Shown here in pieces: positions 39,426-52,750 of a stretch of DNA of 64,000 bases. The stretch is from the NCBI RefSeq assembly GCF_009914755.1, contig NC_060929.1. One strand, 5' to 3'. The notes beneath the pieces were generated by a model that saw nothing but the letters and a program-made list of their open reading frames with translations, did no database searches and was not told where the DNA came from. Each line of letters begins with the position of its first letter. Positions within the stretch are counted from its first letter, which is position 1. Source of the DNA: the human T2T-CHM13v2.0 reference genome, Homo sapiens. The translations under genes and the position numbers were made by a program.

Positions 39426-42119
39426 TGGGGAAAGCGGAAAACTCCTGGGAAGATGTTGACTCTAATGGGTTTAGCTATGACTTAGCTTAGCAGATTGTTG
39501 TCAGTTTGCATACTTCGCTTTCAGGAAAGGATTTGCCTTGAGGAGGGTAGTTTATTACTAGAAACTAACAGAGGGGGTCAGGTGTGAGTGCGGAGGATGT
39601 AGTTCAACATGGCTTTAGAAAACTTTTAGGGAGTACTTCCTACCTATAGTAGAAGAAATATTCGAGAGAATGTCAAGATTGTCAGAGATACTTTGACTTT
39701 GGAATATCAGACAGCCCTGTGATAAGCATCTGGGGTCATAATTAAAAATTACATCTAAAAGATGTAGTTAGCATGGATTCTTGTGACAGACGTAACATTC
39801 TGATCAAGTTTTCTCAGCAAGTTTGCATGTACATGTGCCTTAATCCATAGTTGTTGGTTTCATCTCTTTCCCTAGGCTCACATTTATCAGCTTGACAAGG
39901 TGGCTTCTATGCAATGAATCTTATTTGAACAAGCAATCTCCAAAGACATGAAATGGGACTGTAGTCTGTTTAGACTTAGAATTACTAGAGTGAAATCTAA
40001 AATGCATCCCTTGATCTTAAAAATGCAATTTGGTAGTTCCCAGTGTGGAAATTTCTATCTTGAGGGATATTTCCCTCAAGGTAGAAATTATTTATCTCAA
40101 GAAATTACCTATCTTAGGGGATACTTCCTTAACTATAACTTAAAGACATTATGCAGTTATGAAACTATATTTTCCACTGGTAGTGAGAGACAGAACTTGA
40201 AATCTAGAGAGATTGCAAGTGAAATCAGAGTTCATGTCTGAGGCCTGTAATGCTACCAGGGATTAAATGAAGGAGATTCAATCCAACCATCTCTTCTAGG
40301 ATTCAATTATGAATAGCTGCCTCGTTGATGAGTATACATTTCGTAAGGCCTTATATTTCTCATCTCTACTAAGTTTTCCTTCAGAATTGGGTAGATCATT
40401 TTTCCTTGGCACAGATAATTTATACATTATCTCAATCATTTTGTTTGTTTGTTTGTTTCCAGAAGCAGTGAGGCAGTGAACTATGAACTTTACTGCTGGA
40501 ACAAAATTTAAAGATGGTCTTTTTAGTGGAATTTTGTTCTTTCATTCCTCAACCAAAGATAGACTTTCTAATATCTACAGTCCAACTGTCACAGGATTTA
40601 TTAATTACACTGTAACGCAAATGTTTCAATTTATAACTCCCAAGTTGACAAATTCCACAATTAATTTTAGGAATTACCTTCTCTATCATCTTTACTCATT
40701 TTCTTATATTAATTTTGTGTCCATCATTATATGGTAAATTCTCTTCAGGGCAATGAATCCTTTTCCTCTCCTTCCCTCTCACCTTGGTGTGCTTTGTACA
40801 TTATATTCACTTAGTAAATACTGGGATAGCTTTAAAATACTCCTCTGTAAATAAAAATAATACAATTTAATCACCATAAAACCATTAGTGTAAAGCAGCA
40901 ACAAAATGCAGTTTTAAGATAAGGCTACTTAATACATTTAAATTGTTATTAATCACCTAGTGAATGCCAAAGTCAAGAAAGTGAATTATTTGTGTCTAGG
41001 GTAAATTTTATATTATGACTTCTCCCATATGTCTGGTGAAGGAAATACATTTATTAATTGACAGCTCTCCCCTTGACTTTATTAAGTACCAAGTTGAGTT
41101 TACTTTGAAATTTAGAAAGGATTTTCTCTTACCTGAAGCAGTGAAATAAATTTGTTATACTTATGTCTTGGAAGAAGAATAAATGCAGACTGTGAAAAGA
41201 TTTAGCTCTTTGGGGATTGCAGTATTTCAATTAATGACACTCTTTCAAATCTCTTAAATCCTACCTCTTTGCTCAAAATTCTTTCTATTATCATAAATTT
41301 ATTCTCTTGTGTTAGGACAAGTCTAAACTAGCAAAGTGACGTGGAAAATGGAGCCAATTATTCAGATAATTGAAGTAAAATACTTTTTTTCTCATTACTG
41401 TATATTTCAGATACAATCTTCTTTTTCTAAACCTGAGTATGTAGAATTACCCCAGTTCCCTCTCAAATAATGTATATAGTTAGATCATATTATTTAAAGT
41501 TTCTAATTCTTGTGAACTTTCTGACTTTGAGACTTGGTCCACATAGGTAAATAACTCCATTAGCAGGGCTAAAATATGTCTGGGGAATTGAGTCAGAAGT
41601 AAAATGTTAGGCTTCAGTTGATTAATTTAAGGCATTAGAAAGTTTACTCAAATAGACATATAAAAATCTCTTCCTTGGAGCCCGGATTCACATATGAAAA
41701 AGAAAATAATGAACCAAAGTAATTGTCTCAATAAATGAAATCCCGCATTTCTCTCTTAAATGCAAAATATACAGATAATATTTTTTTAAAAAAAAACTTT
41801 TTACTTTAATCATTCAAATTTGTCCCTCATTTTGACACTAATTTTTACTATTTAAAACTTTAAGGTGCAATGATTTTTTCTAGAGTGGTATAGAGTAGGG
41901 AAGCAACAAATATTTGCTTTCTGGAACAGAAATTATCTGCTAATAATCCAGAAAATTATCAATTATATTCCATCTCTTTATTTGCTATAATTTTCCAATT
42001 ATGTTAGTTTCCTTTTTGCTTAAAAATTCCCATAATTCCATATTTTTCTATTTTTCTATTGTGCCACTAAAATATTAAGTCTGCAGATATGATGATTTCG
42101 GGACAGCTACCTTATTATA

Positions 42120-43170
42120 AAAGAAAACTAAATTTTTAATAAATAAAAAGGAATATTTAGGGTAAATAAAAAATATAATGTGATGAATAAAACAATAAAT
42201 AATTACAGTTTTGTGGTAAAGAATTTCTTAAATGAGACACCCAAAGAAATACCATAAGGAAAATATAAGAGACTGACCACATCAAAATTAAGGACTTTTT
42301 TTCAAAAAAGAGCAGAATCGAGAATACCACTAGCAGGTGGTGAGAATATATTTGCATTCTTCTAAAACTGACAAAGATTTAATACCTAAATATGACTCAT
42401 ACAAATCAATAAGAAAAAAAAAAGAAAATGAGTAGAAAAATTGTCAAAAAAAGAGAAGCAAAATCCAAATGGTTCACAAATATATGAAAAACGATTAATC
42501 ACACAGCTAATCAGATAAATGTAAGTTAATAATAAATAGACACTTATAAGGATCCAATTATTGAAAATTAGAAAGTCAGTATCAAGAAAGTCAGTTCAGG
42601 ATATTGGAAAAGACAATTTTTTATGTACTGCCTGAGGCAAGAGAAGATGATATGATTCTTTATGAGATACATTTTAAAGGTTTTGATGAAATTAAGTATA
42701 CATGTAATCTATGATCCAATCTATGATCCAGTCATATTACACTGCTGGGTATTTACTTGAAATAAATCTTTGCATAGCTAATTGTTATACGTTTTGTGAT
42801 AGCAAAGATATAGAAATAAACTAGGTTTCCATCACTGTGGGAATAAACAAGTGAAAAAGATATACATACAAACAATATGATGTCATGAAGGAGCTACAAT
42901 CAATAAAAAAGATAAATATACAGCAAAATGGATCTTAAAGTGGCGGGTTAAAAAAATACAAGAAATAGAACATTTACAGACTGATATAACATCTAGAATC
43001 AAAATACATCCATATATAAAACAGCATTACATTATTCAGGAATATAAATATTTCCAAGTACTATATTACATGAGAATGAAATATGTGTAGAATGGAAGTG
43101 ATTTTTGGTAATGAAAAAAAATCATAAAAAAGAGAAATCTCACATAGATTAAAGATGATTGTGTTTCTGT
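42120..43170 (+). mobile_element. Old L1ME ORF2 C-terminus / 3'UTR fragments
   Basis: A-rich decayed L1 ('ccacatcaaaattaaggac', 'ctatgatccagtcatattacactgctgggtattta'). Confidence 0.6.
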
Positions 43171-43914
43171 GTTTCAAGTAAATAACAACAACAAAAATAA
43201 GCCTTCGTACTTCATCCCTAGTGAGATCAGAGACTCTTGCCTTCTCCTCTATGGTGCTGTCATTTTGTTAGTTCACCCAGTGACATTTATGCTTCTCAGT
43301 TCTGTCATTTCTCCAACAAACCTCTGCTTCATCTATCTTACAGTTTGTTTCTTTGTATTATCTGGCTCTTGTTGACTCAATGTCTATTGTTTTGTTGTAC
43401 CACTTTAAAATCAACTTATTTTGTTGTTTATATTTATATAGTAAACTGAATGTAACAAACACATTTGTAATTTCACAGCTTTGGAATATTCCCATAAGGT
43501 TTTCAGATTTTAAAAAAAAGATGTTTTAACTCAACAATACACAGTGAGTCCATTATCATTCATGAATTATATCTAACTGGAATGGTTCATTACTTGAATT
43601 GTTTACTGTCTACAGAAGATGACATGGGGGGACCCAGGAAGACACTTCCTTTCAAAATATTTTCCCCATGTGCCCAGTATTACCTACAGTTTATTTACAT
43701 GGGATTTAGCTTTTCATTCCACCGTTAGTCATATAGTTCACCTCTGTTGAGAGCAACGGGCCTCAAGAAAACAAGTAAGAGCATTAGGGAATACAGAACA
43801 GAGCAAAAAGATAAAATTTTCAATTATTTTTTGTATAAGATGGGCTGTTATCATATCACAGTGTGAAGAATTCTTTAGTGTAAAGCTAGATCTTTCTCTT
43901 TAACTTGAAAAAAG

Positions 43915-43916
<2 letters not shown>

Positions 43917-43967
<51 letters not shown>
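43917..43967. repeat. (TG)n(AG)n compound microsatellite
   Basis: Directly visible. Confidence 0.95.
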
Positions 43968-45367
43968 TAGTGTCAGTGGAGACTGCATATTGATTCTGGA
44001 CTTCTGCTCCCAACAGAAGATAACAGGGCACCACACTCCTGCCTTGCTGATGTCATGTTAGATGAGGCCTAGTGGAGAGTCAGGACTTTCATCACCATCC
44101 CACAGTAATGAGGGCATTTTTCCATGGTGTCAGTGGAGGCCACATGGAGAAGAGTAAGAAGGAGCTGCTCTCATTCTCAGAGGGTGGTATCAGTGGAGGC
44201 CTAGTGGGGAGCCAGAACGCTCACTCCTCACCAGCAATAATTAGCAGCCTTTCTCTGGTTATAGAAGGAAGCCGAGATGGGAACTTGAACTTCCATACCC
44301 AAGTGGCAATAACTCAGTCACTTCTCACTTCCCATGTTCAGATTATTGTCAAAAAAAGATCGGTTAAAGCAAAATATTTAAATAAGATCCAGAGATTCAT
44401 GACACTCCAATATGTCCAAGTTTCAGTTAAAAATTACCCATCATACTATGAGCAGGGAAAATCTCAAATGAAAAGAGAAAAAACAATCAACAGATGTCAA
44501 CACTGAGACAAAACAAATGGCAGACTTCTCTGACAAGCATTTTAAAGCATCTATCATGAAAATGTTCATCAAGTATTTAGGCATGTACCTGAAATAAACA
44601 CACATACAAAAATAGAAAGTCTCAGCAAATAAAAATTGAAAATCTGAAGAAGAACCAAAATAAAATTGCAGAACTAAAAAGTATAATGAATAAAATAAAA
44701 AACTCAACAACAGAATGGAAAGTGCAGAGGAAAGAACCAATGAGCCTGAAGATAGGATAATAGAATTACTCAATCTAAACAACAGAGAGAAAATATGCTG
44801 AAAAAAAAAAAGAGAACCCGTGGAACTATTCTACAAGATTAATATTTTTGCTATTGGAGTCCTGAGAGAGAAGAAAAGAGGGTGGGTCTGAAAAGTATTC
44901 AAATAAATAATAGGTTAAAACTTACCAAATTTTTCAAAAGTCACCAATCTACAAATCCAATAAGCTGAGTCACCAATCTACAAATCCAATACAATAATGC
45001 TTGTAAACAACAAACTTCGAAATAATCCATGGGTCAAAGAGAAAGTTTAAAGGGAAATTAAACAAAAACACATTGAAGTGAATGACAGTGAAATGTAATA
45101 TATCAAAATTTGTTGGATCCAGTTAAAGAGTGTTGAGAGGAAAATTTATAGCACTAAATGTTTATATTAGATAAAAGAAAAGTCTCAAATAAATAACCTA
45201 ATCTCTCATCTCAAGAAAGTAGAAAAATCAGAGCAAAATAAATCAAAACAAGAAGGAATCAGATTGTTAAGACACAAACAGAAATCAGTGAAGTTGAAAA
45301 CAAGAGAGAAAATTAATAAAACCAAACTGATTCTTTAAAAAGATTAATGAAATTGGCAAATCTTTCC

Positions 45368-45789
45368 TGTAATAGTTAATTTTATGTGTCAACTTGGCTA
45401 AGACATGGTACCCAGTTTTCAGTAAAACACCAGTCTAGATATTGCTATGAAGGTATTTTTTAGAAGTAATTACCTTTTTAATCAGTAGACTTTGAGTAAA
45501 GCAGATTACTCTCCATAATATGGCGGGGCCTCATTCAATCAGTTGCAAGTCTTTAGAGAAAAGACTGAGGTCCCCAAGGAGAAAGAATTCTGCCTCCAGG
45601 CTACCTCTGAATTTGAGATGGCGATGTGGACTCTTGCCTGGGTCTCTAGCCTGCTGGCCTGCCCTGCAGATTTTGGATTTACCAGCCTCCACTATTGTGT
45701 GCAACAATTCCTTCGAGCAAATGTTTTTCTGTATATATTTACACACCCTGTTTGTTCTGTTTCTCTGGAGAATCCTGACTGTGTGTACA
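45368..45789 (+). mobile_element. MLT2 solo LTR (MLT2C/D-like) inserted in L1
   Basis: tgtaatagttaattttatgtgtcaacttggct ... ttctgtttctctggagaatcctgact..taca. Confidence 0.9.
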
Positions 45790-47380
45790 TCTAGCAAAAC
45801 TGGTAAAGAGAGAAGGAGAAGGCACAAATTATCAATATCAGGAAAAATAAACAAACAAAAAATAACCAAGGGCTGTTGCTATGAACTGTTTTACATCAAA
45901 AAGACAAGAGAATACTATGAACAACTCTACATATACATTTCACAAATTAGATGACATGAAATAATTCCTAAAAACATACAAACTATCATAACTTATCCAG
46001 TGAGAATTAGATAATTTATATTTGAATAATCCTATAACTATTAAGGTTATTGACTTCTTAATTTAAAAAATTCATAAAAAAAGAAATCTCTAAGCCTAGA
46101 TCGTTTTACTGGAGAATTCTGCCAAACATTTAAAGAATTAACATCAATCCTACACATTCTCTTCCAAAAGATGTAAGTGAGAGATAACACTACAAATGTA
46201 TTTTATAAAGCCAATATTACCTTAATACCCAAACCAAAGATAGTACTAAAAAATAAAGAAGAAAAGAAAAGAAAAATTAAAAACAACTTACAAATTCTTG
46301 GAATATTATTACTGCCAATTTATAGAGTAATAATCCATCACAAAATATTAGCAATTAGAATCCTGTAATATATAGAAAGAATTACATACCCTAACCAATT
46401 GGGTTCGATACCAGGGTGCAAAGCTGGTTCAATATTTGAAAATCAATCAATGTAATCTATTATATTAACATGCCAAATAAGAAAAATCACATGATGATAT
46501 AAATTGATGCAGAAAAATTATTTAAAGAATTTAACATCCATTCATGATAAAATCTCTCAGAAAGCTAGGTGTAATGTGGAACTGTCTCAACTTGATGAAG
46601 AACATCTATAAAAACCCTACAGCTATTGTGGTATTCAATGCTAAAAGCCTGAATGCTTTCCCTCTAAGATTCAGAGCAAGGCAAGGATGTTCACTTGTAT
46701 TGCTGATATTTAGCGTTATACTGGAAGTTCTAGCCAATGCAATAAGGCATTGAAAGGAAATAAAAGGCATATAAAACAGAAAAGAAGAAATAAAACCATT
46801 CCTATTTATATATGCCATGGTGGTCTATAAAAATTTCCAAGGAATTCCCAAAAACCTCGTAGAATTAATAAGTGAGTTTAGCAAGGTCATGTGATATAAG
46901 ATCTATGCTTAAAAATCAACTGTGTTTTTACACACTAATAATGAACATGTGGAAACCAAAATTAAAAATACAATGCACTTATAAGCACTAAAAAACTGCT
47001 TAGGGATAACTATCTCAAAATATGTCAAAGCACATATAGGAGTCACATGCTGGAAACTATAAAAAGCTGATAAAAGAAATCAAAGAAGATCAAAATAAGT
47101 GGAGGAATATAATGTGTTTGTGGATTGCAAAGCTCAATATAGTAATTATGTCAATTCTCCACAAATTAATATACAGATTCAACAAAATTCATATCACAAT
47201 CCCAGCATGATTTGTTGTAGAAATGAACAATATTTTTCTAAATTTAAAAAATGAACCCAAAGTATCTAGAGTAGTGAAAATAGTATTGTAAAAACAGAAT
47301 AAAGTGGGAAGGATCACTCTGATTTCAAGATATCATATATTACAGTAATCAAGATTCTGTGTGTAGGAATAAATAAATAA

Positions 47381-47424
47381 TAGGTTGGTGCAAAAGTAAT
47401 TGAGGTTTCTGCCACTATTAATGG
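47381..47424. mobile_element. Half of a MADE1 (Hsmar1 MITE)
   Basis: taggttggtgcaaaagtaattgaggtttctgccactattaatgg = one Hsmar1 TIR up to the palindrome centre. Confidence 0.88.
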
Positions 47425-47782
47425 AGAAGACTTCTCAGATATAACATCAAAAGCACTATTCATAAAGAACAAATAGTCAACAAATACGACTTCATCAAAA
47501 TTTAAAACTTTTGCTCTTCAAGATCCTCTTAAGAGGATGAAAAGATAAATTCCAGGGTGGGAAAAATTTTGAAAACCTTATATGAAACATGGACTCATAT
47601 CTAGAATATATGAAAAATTCTCAAAAATTTAAAGTAAAAGCAAAAAATGTAATTAGAAAATATTCAAGAGACATAAAGAGTCATTTCACCAAAGAGGTAA
47701 TATATGAATGGCAAATAAGCATGAGAAAATATGTTTAACAATAAATCTAGGAAAATGTGTAATAATGACACAATGAGATAGA

Positions 47783-47861
47783 CAGTACTTTCCCCTTATA
47801 TTTGGAGGGATATGTTCCAGGATCCCCAGTGGATGCCTGAAACTAGAGATAGTACCAAACC

Positions 47862-47899
<38 letters not shown>

Positions 47900-48398
47900 A
47901 TATATACAATGTTTATATAGGTACATATATCATAGTACATATATATATATGTACCTATGATAAAGTTTAATGTATAAATTTAACACAGTAAGAGATTAAC
48001 AATAACTAATAAAAAATAGAACAAGTATAACAGTATGCATCACCATTTGCACTTTGGGAGTATTTTAAGTAAAATAAGGGTTACTTGAACACAAGCAATG
48101 CAATAATCAGAACAGGCTAGCTGATAACTTAGATAGCTAATGGGCTGATAGCATATATAGTGTGGATACGCTGGAGAAAGGGATGATTAATGTCCTGGGA
48201 AGAGATGAGTAAGATGGACTGAGATTTCATCACACATCTCAGAATGATATGCAACTTAAAATTTATGAATTGTTTATTTCTGGAATTGTCCATGTAATAT
48301 TTTTGGAACGCCATTGACAGTTTCAGTTCCCCATAGTTTTAGTTACCGTGGTTAACTGTAACCAGGGAAAGCAAAACCATGGATAAGCGGGACTACTG
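47783..48398 (+). mobile_element. MER44 (Tigger7-derived) element with internal (TA)/(TG) repeat
   Basis: TIR-like ends cagtactttccccttat / ggataagcgggactactg; 'ccccagtggatgcctgaaac' and 'aaataagggttacttgaacacaagca'. Confidence 0.9.
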
Positions 48399-49949
48399 AA
48401 CTATATGTCTGTTAAAACAGATAAACATTTTTAAAAAGTGACAATATCAAATGTTGATGAGGATGTGGAGAAACTGAATCTCTCAGACATTAATGATGGG
48501 AAGGCAAAATGGTACCAAAACTCTGGAAAACAGTATGGCAGTTTCTTAAAATGTAAACATACATTTACCAACACACTTTCTTTTCCAGAGAAAGGAAAAT
48601 TTATGAATACACAACAACTTGTACATGAATATTCACTGAAGCTATATTCATAATTGCCCCAAATTAGAAAAAGCCAAATGGTTTCCCCTGGTTAATTGCT
48701 TAAACAAAATGTGGTATATCCTTACTGTACAGCAACTTGGATCTCAAGAGCATTAATCTGATTGCAAAAAATGCCAATCTCGATAAGTTACAGGTTGCAT
48801 AATTCCATTTACATAACATTCTTGAAATGACAAAATTATAGAGATGAACAGATTAGTGGTTTCAAGGTGTAGAGATGGAAGGAAATGAACACATAGGACT
48901 GGCTGTGAATGTAAAAGGTATCAAGAGGAAGCTCATGGTGATCAAATTGTCCGGTGTCTTGATTATAGCTGCGGTTACAAGAATCTAAGCATGTGATAAA
49001 ATGGGATAAACCTATACATACACATTTTACCAGTGTCAATTTCTGGAGGTCTGAGAGACTTCGGAGTTTGAAATTTGGCCTTTCTTTAGGACAAGCACTG
49101 TCATCAGACAATTTCTTGAGTTTTCTTTCAGAATTATGACCCCTGCTTTTAAAAAAAATGAACTGAACTGAGGTTTCAGAACATGTGCATCATTACCTTA
49201 GTTAAAATAAAACAGAAAATCCAAGAGGGCTTCTGATGATTGCCATGTTTGGCTCCATTTCTTCCATAATCTTAGTTCTCTTTTTAATTAAAGGTTGATC
49301 TTAATGATCAGTTTTAAGATAGTTGGAGCATGGTATTAGTGCATTTATCTCAAACTTCTGTTAGAGAAAGTCAGAGTATAAGATAATGGTTAGGCAACAC
49401 AGCATATTTTCTTTTATGTTCCCAGGGATAATTTTTGTTGTTTACTCTTAGGACATTTAAGGTGTACATTCTTCCATCCCTCTCCAAAGCTACCTAGGGC
49501 TGCATAATTGATTATAAAGTAGTCCCAAGCTAAAGATGTTGTTCTACCAGTGTGAGAAGGATGTTTCTGACTCACTTGCTGATGATTCAGGTCAATTTGG
49601 TATTTAGATCATTAGTTTTCTCAATTTTTAAAATGTTATTTTTAAGACAAGCATAAGTTTAGCAGATAAGGACATTTTGTTGTTGCTGTTGTTAAAAGTA
49701 TGATGGGGTATATAGAGTATTCCTAAAGAAATATAAAACTAGCTCTTGACAATTCTACTACTGCACATAAAAACTGTGTTGTGAGAAGTACATGGAAAGA
49801 ATAATTGTATTCAGTATTATAGAGTCTAAAATTCTAAGGGAATTTGTAATTTTTCTCAGTGAGATATTGCAAATATTTAGGTAACAAAGTGGCTGGTATT
49901 TGGGTTCAGGTAAAGGGATGGCGGGATATTGGGAAGAACACAGATTGAA

Positions 49950-50095
49950 AGTCAAGAAAGCTATAATCAAATCTCAGTTCTTCCCATTTTAATGGACAAG
50001 TCACTTAATCTCTCTGTGTCTCATTTTCCTCTATGTTTCATTTGCAGACTGGAGATAATATCTATTTATGATGAAATGTATTGTTAAGTCTCACT
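49950..50095 (+). mobile_element. MIR fragment
   Basis: 'ggacaagtcacttaatctctctgtgtctcattttcctc' MIR core. Confidence 0.75.
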
Positions 50096-50249
50096 AGGAA
50101 TGAATCTTGCTTTTGTTGGGTAAGAGGGATGTTTTTAAGCTTGTATTTATTTTATCATTTCTCATTAAAAATATAAATAGCTTTTTACAAAAACAACAAT
50201 AAAAAAGTAGGAAGTCTTCTTTAATTTGGCATAATATATGATTCATCAA

Positions 50250-51070
50250 CATTGGCTGCTATTAATATACTGATCAGTGAAAATGTTCCAAGTTTGATGT
50301 TGCTCAACAGATAAGCTAAAACCTATAAGCCCTCACAAGAACCTGTATTTACAAACAGATGCACCTACCTCTTAAAGTAATCAGTTTCTAACAAAGTATT
50401 GTTTATATGTTTCATGCAAATTGGTCTGAAGTGTTGCTTAGACAATCTTATTATATTTAAGAATAAAAACTTCCATCAAGAAATTGTACAAAGAAAATGG
50501 ACACACCAGCTGGATAAATCTATCATGTGCAGGGGGGAGTAGGGGAAGCAAGCACTTTTAATTAGCTGAGTGAATGCAGTTTGTTGAACACAGAAAGCAC
50601 AGCCTTAGTCATATTAAAATGTGCCTAATTTTCTGTGAAAAAGTCCCATCTGAACAGGCCTGACCACAGTCAATCATACTAAAAGCCACTGGTGCTTAAT
50701 TTGATTTACCAATATAAAATGCAAATTAGGTTATTAAGTGGAGTGGCAGACAGAGTAGGGCCCCTTTCAAACCATCAAGTTAAATGCAAGCAGACAGCAA
50801 ACTGGCTGTGCAAAGAAAATTTTAGCATATTCGTTTGATTAGTGCTACAAAAATTTAATTAGGTTGGCTAATTACTTGACAAATTGCTCTACACGAGAGA
50901 AAAGGCAGAGGGTTTTTTTTTTCTTTTTTCATTGCAAATATCCTGTGTGTATTTTAGCCCAAATGCTATCTGCCAATTTGCAAAAGCCTTATTAAATGAA
51001 TGGAAGATGGTCCCCAATAATAGCAAATCATATAATGCATATAATTAGACAAGGCCCACACTCTAGCCAT
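50250..51070. promoter_or_regulatory. Candidate deeply conserved developmental enhancer (CNE/UCE-like)
   Basis: Repeat-free block with two perfect octamers ATGCAAAT (50414, 50719), four TAATTA sites, SOX/FOX-like AACAAAGTATTGTTTAT, PBX-HOX TGATTTAC (50702) and E-boxes CAGATG, CAGCTG, CATCTG; conservation inferred, not computed. Confidence 0.65.
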
Positions 51071-52514
51071 ATGTCCATACTCTATCATAGCTAAAAACAT
51101 TTAACACAACATTTATGTATGTGTACCTATTGTCAAAACAGATTATTACAAAGCAGTCAGTTCTTAAGAAAGAAAATATTGTGCATGATATAGAAAATAG
51201 ACGTTTGTGACATTCCTACCTCCCAGAAGAGTTTGTTTGTTAACTATTAAATGAAGCAGTAGTGACATGCTAAAGTTTGTCATCACAGAATGCACCAGTC
51301 AGCCAATCCATGGTTGAATGAGGCCAATGTTAAAATGGAGTAGAGAAAATTGTCTCCTTGTGATACATTCTAAATGTAAAGCTATTAATTTACAATTAGA
51401 GTTACTGACATTTCATAAAACAAAATTTATTTTTTCAAAAGCTATTCAAAGGGAAATAATTTCTTTAGAAAAATGATGTTTATATCAATATTCAAGAGAA
51501 TAAGATAGATTTCATATAATCACAGTATTATTTGGAGACTTCCACAATTTTTTCAGATATTTTATTTGGTTTTCATTGATTTTCAACAGAACTAGTGAGC
51601 CTGTTCTAACTCAAGCCCTGTGATTTTACAAAGAGATAACCACTTTGCCTGTCCAAGTGGAAAAACTAAGTATCATATTTTATAAACAGGTTTTGCAGTT
51701 AGTAATTAGATACTATATTTAACCTGTTCTAAAGCAACATCTTATGAAAGTATGAACTGCAAGAACTATTTGCGAACAATCATTTATGCAGGCTGCATTA
51801 TTGTTTTTACAATTAGAATCTGCTCTGTTAGTTTAGAACTCAGATATAGTTACACTGGACAGTGCAGATGCACTTAGGATTTTATGTAACACCCTTATCA
51901 TTACTGCCATTTTATCTTAACTTACCTCTTTTACTCTTTTTAGATTTACAATCATTGCCAAAAATAGACTAAAAATTTGTGGAGATTATGATAGGATGTG
52001 GATTATGTAGACAATTTTACTTATATAAAGTCCTGGGATAAAGTCGTGGCCTCCTGAGCAAACATTTGGCCATATTGCTGACATTACATTTGAAGACATT
52101 GAGGATGTCATACACATAGATTCTATAAACACAGAAACTGCAAAATTTAGTAACAAAGTATTATATTTTAATATAAGAATAATGCCAATCGCTTGAGGTT
52201 TTCTTCTTTAATGTATTGATTGATTGTCTCCCTCCCCTGTCATTTATTTTTAATTTGATAAACTGACTAGTATTTTAAAAAATTTAACAGATGCAGTCTA
52301 TTAAATAATTGAAACCTGGGACATTTTGATAAGGGTATGTGTATAAAACAGTGAAATTATTGGCTTGCAAACATATTAAGGTGCTTCTTATGTGTTAATA
52401 TTAAATGTTATACTTGAGTGTCCAATGGCAGCTGCTGTATTAATTGCCGATAAAACAATAATCTTGATTATTATTTTTATGTGTTACCTAGAACAAATTA
52501 CATGCATGTAAAAT

Positions 52515-52750
52515 AACAGTAGCTCCCTTTTATTGAGCCCCTACTACGTGAAGATGCAGGGTTTGGTGTTTACATATATTTTATTCAATTCTTCTACACA
52601 ACTAAAGATATAAGTATTATTGTTTCCATTTTATAAAGTATAAGATTGAGGTGAGTTAGTTTAAGTAAAGAATTCAAGACCAAAAAATGAGTAATGAATC
52701 AATATAGGTTTGAACCATAGCCTGGCTGAATTGTAATATGTTCTTCCCAA
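52515..52750 (-). mobile_element. MIR
   Basis: 'ttttattgagcccctactacgtg...agtattattgtttccattttataaag...aggtttgaacc'. Confidence 0.7.

Larger units (their letters stand above)
43970..49045 (+). mobile_element. Internally deleted old L1MC/MD-type element (5'UTR, ORF1, ORF2, 3'UTR) hosting nested MLT2, MADE1 and MER44
   Basis: ORFs FYKANITLIPKP and LNAFPLRFRARQGCSLVLLIFSVILEVLANAIR are L1 RT; repetitive 'gtcagtggaggcc' 5'UTR; L1MC-like 3' end near 49040. Confidence 0.87.

Noticed and set aside
5325-42730. Scattered 12-22 bp tandem duplications (~5330, ~7850, ~36350, 37545, ~42710)
   Set aside because: Ordinary slippage-type duplications with unrelated sequences; no shared system
50250-51070. 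Assigning the element to a named enhancer or gene (ZRS, LF-SINE, a specific uc./hs number)
   Set aside because: Does not match the ZRS or LF-SINE sequences I recall, and no exon in the window anchors the locus; naming it would be a guess
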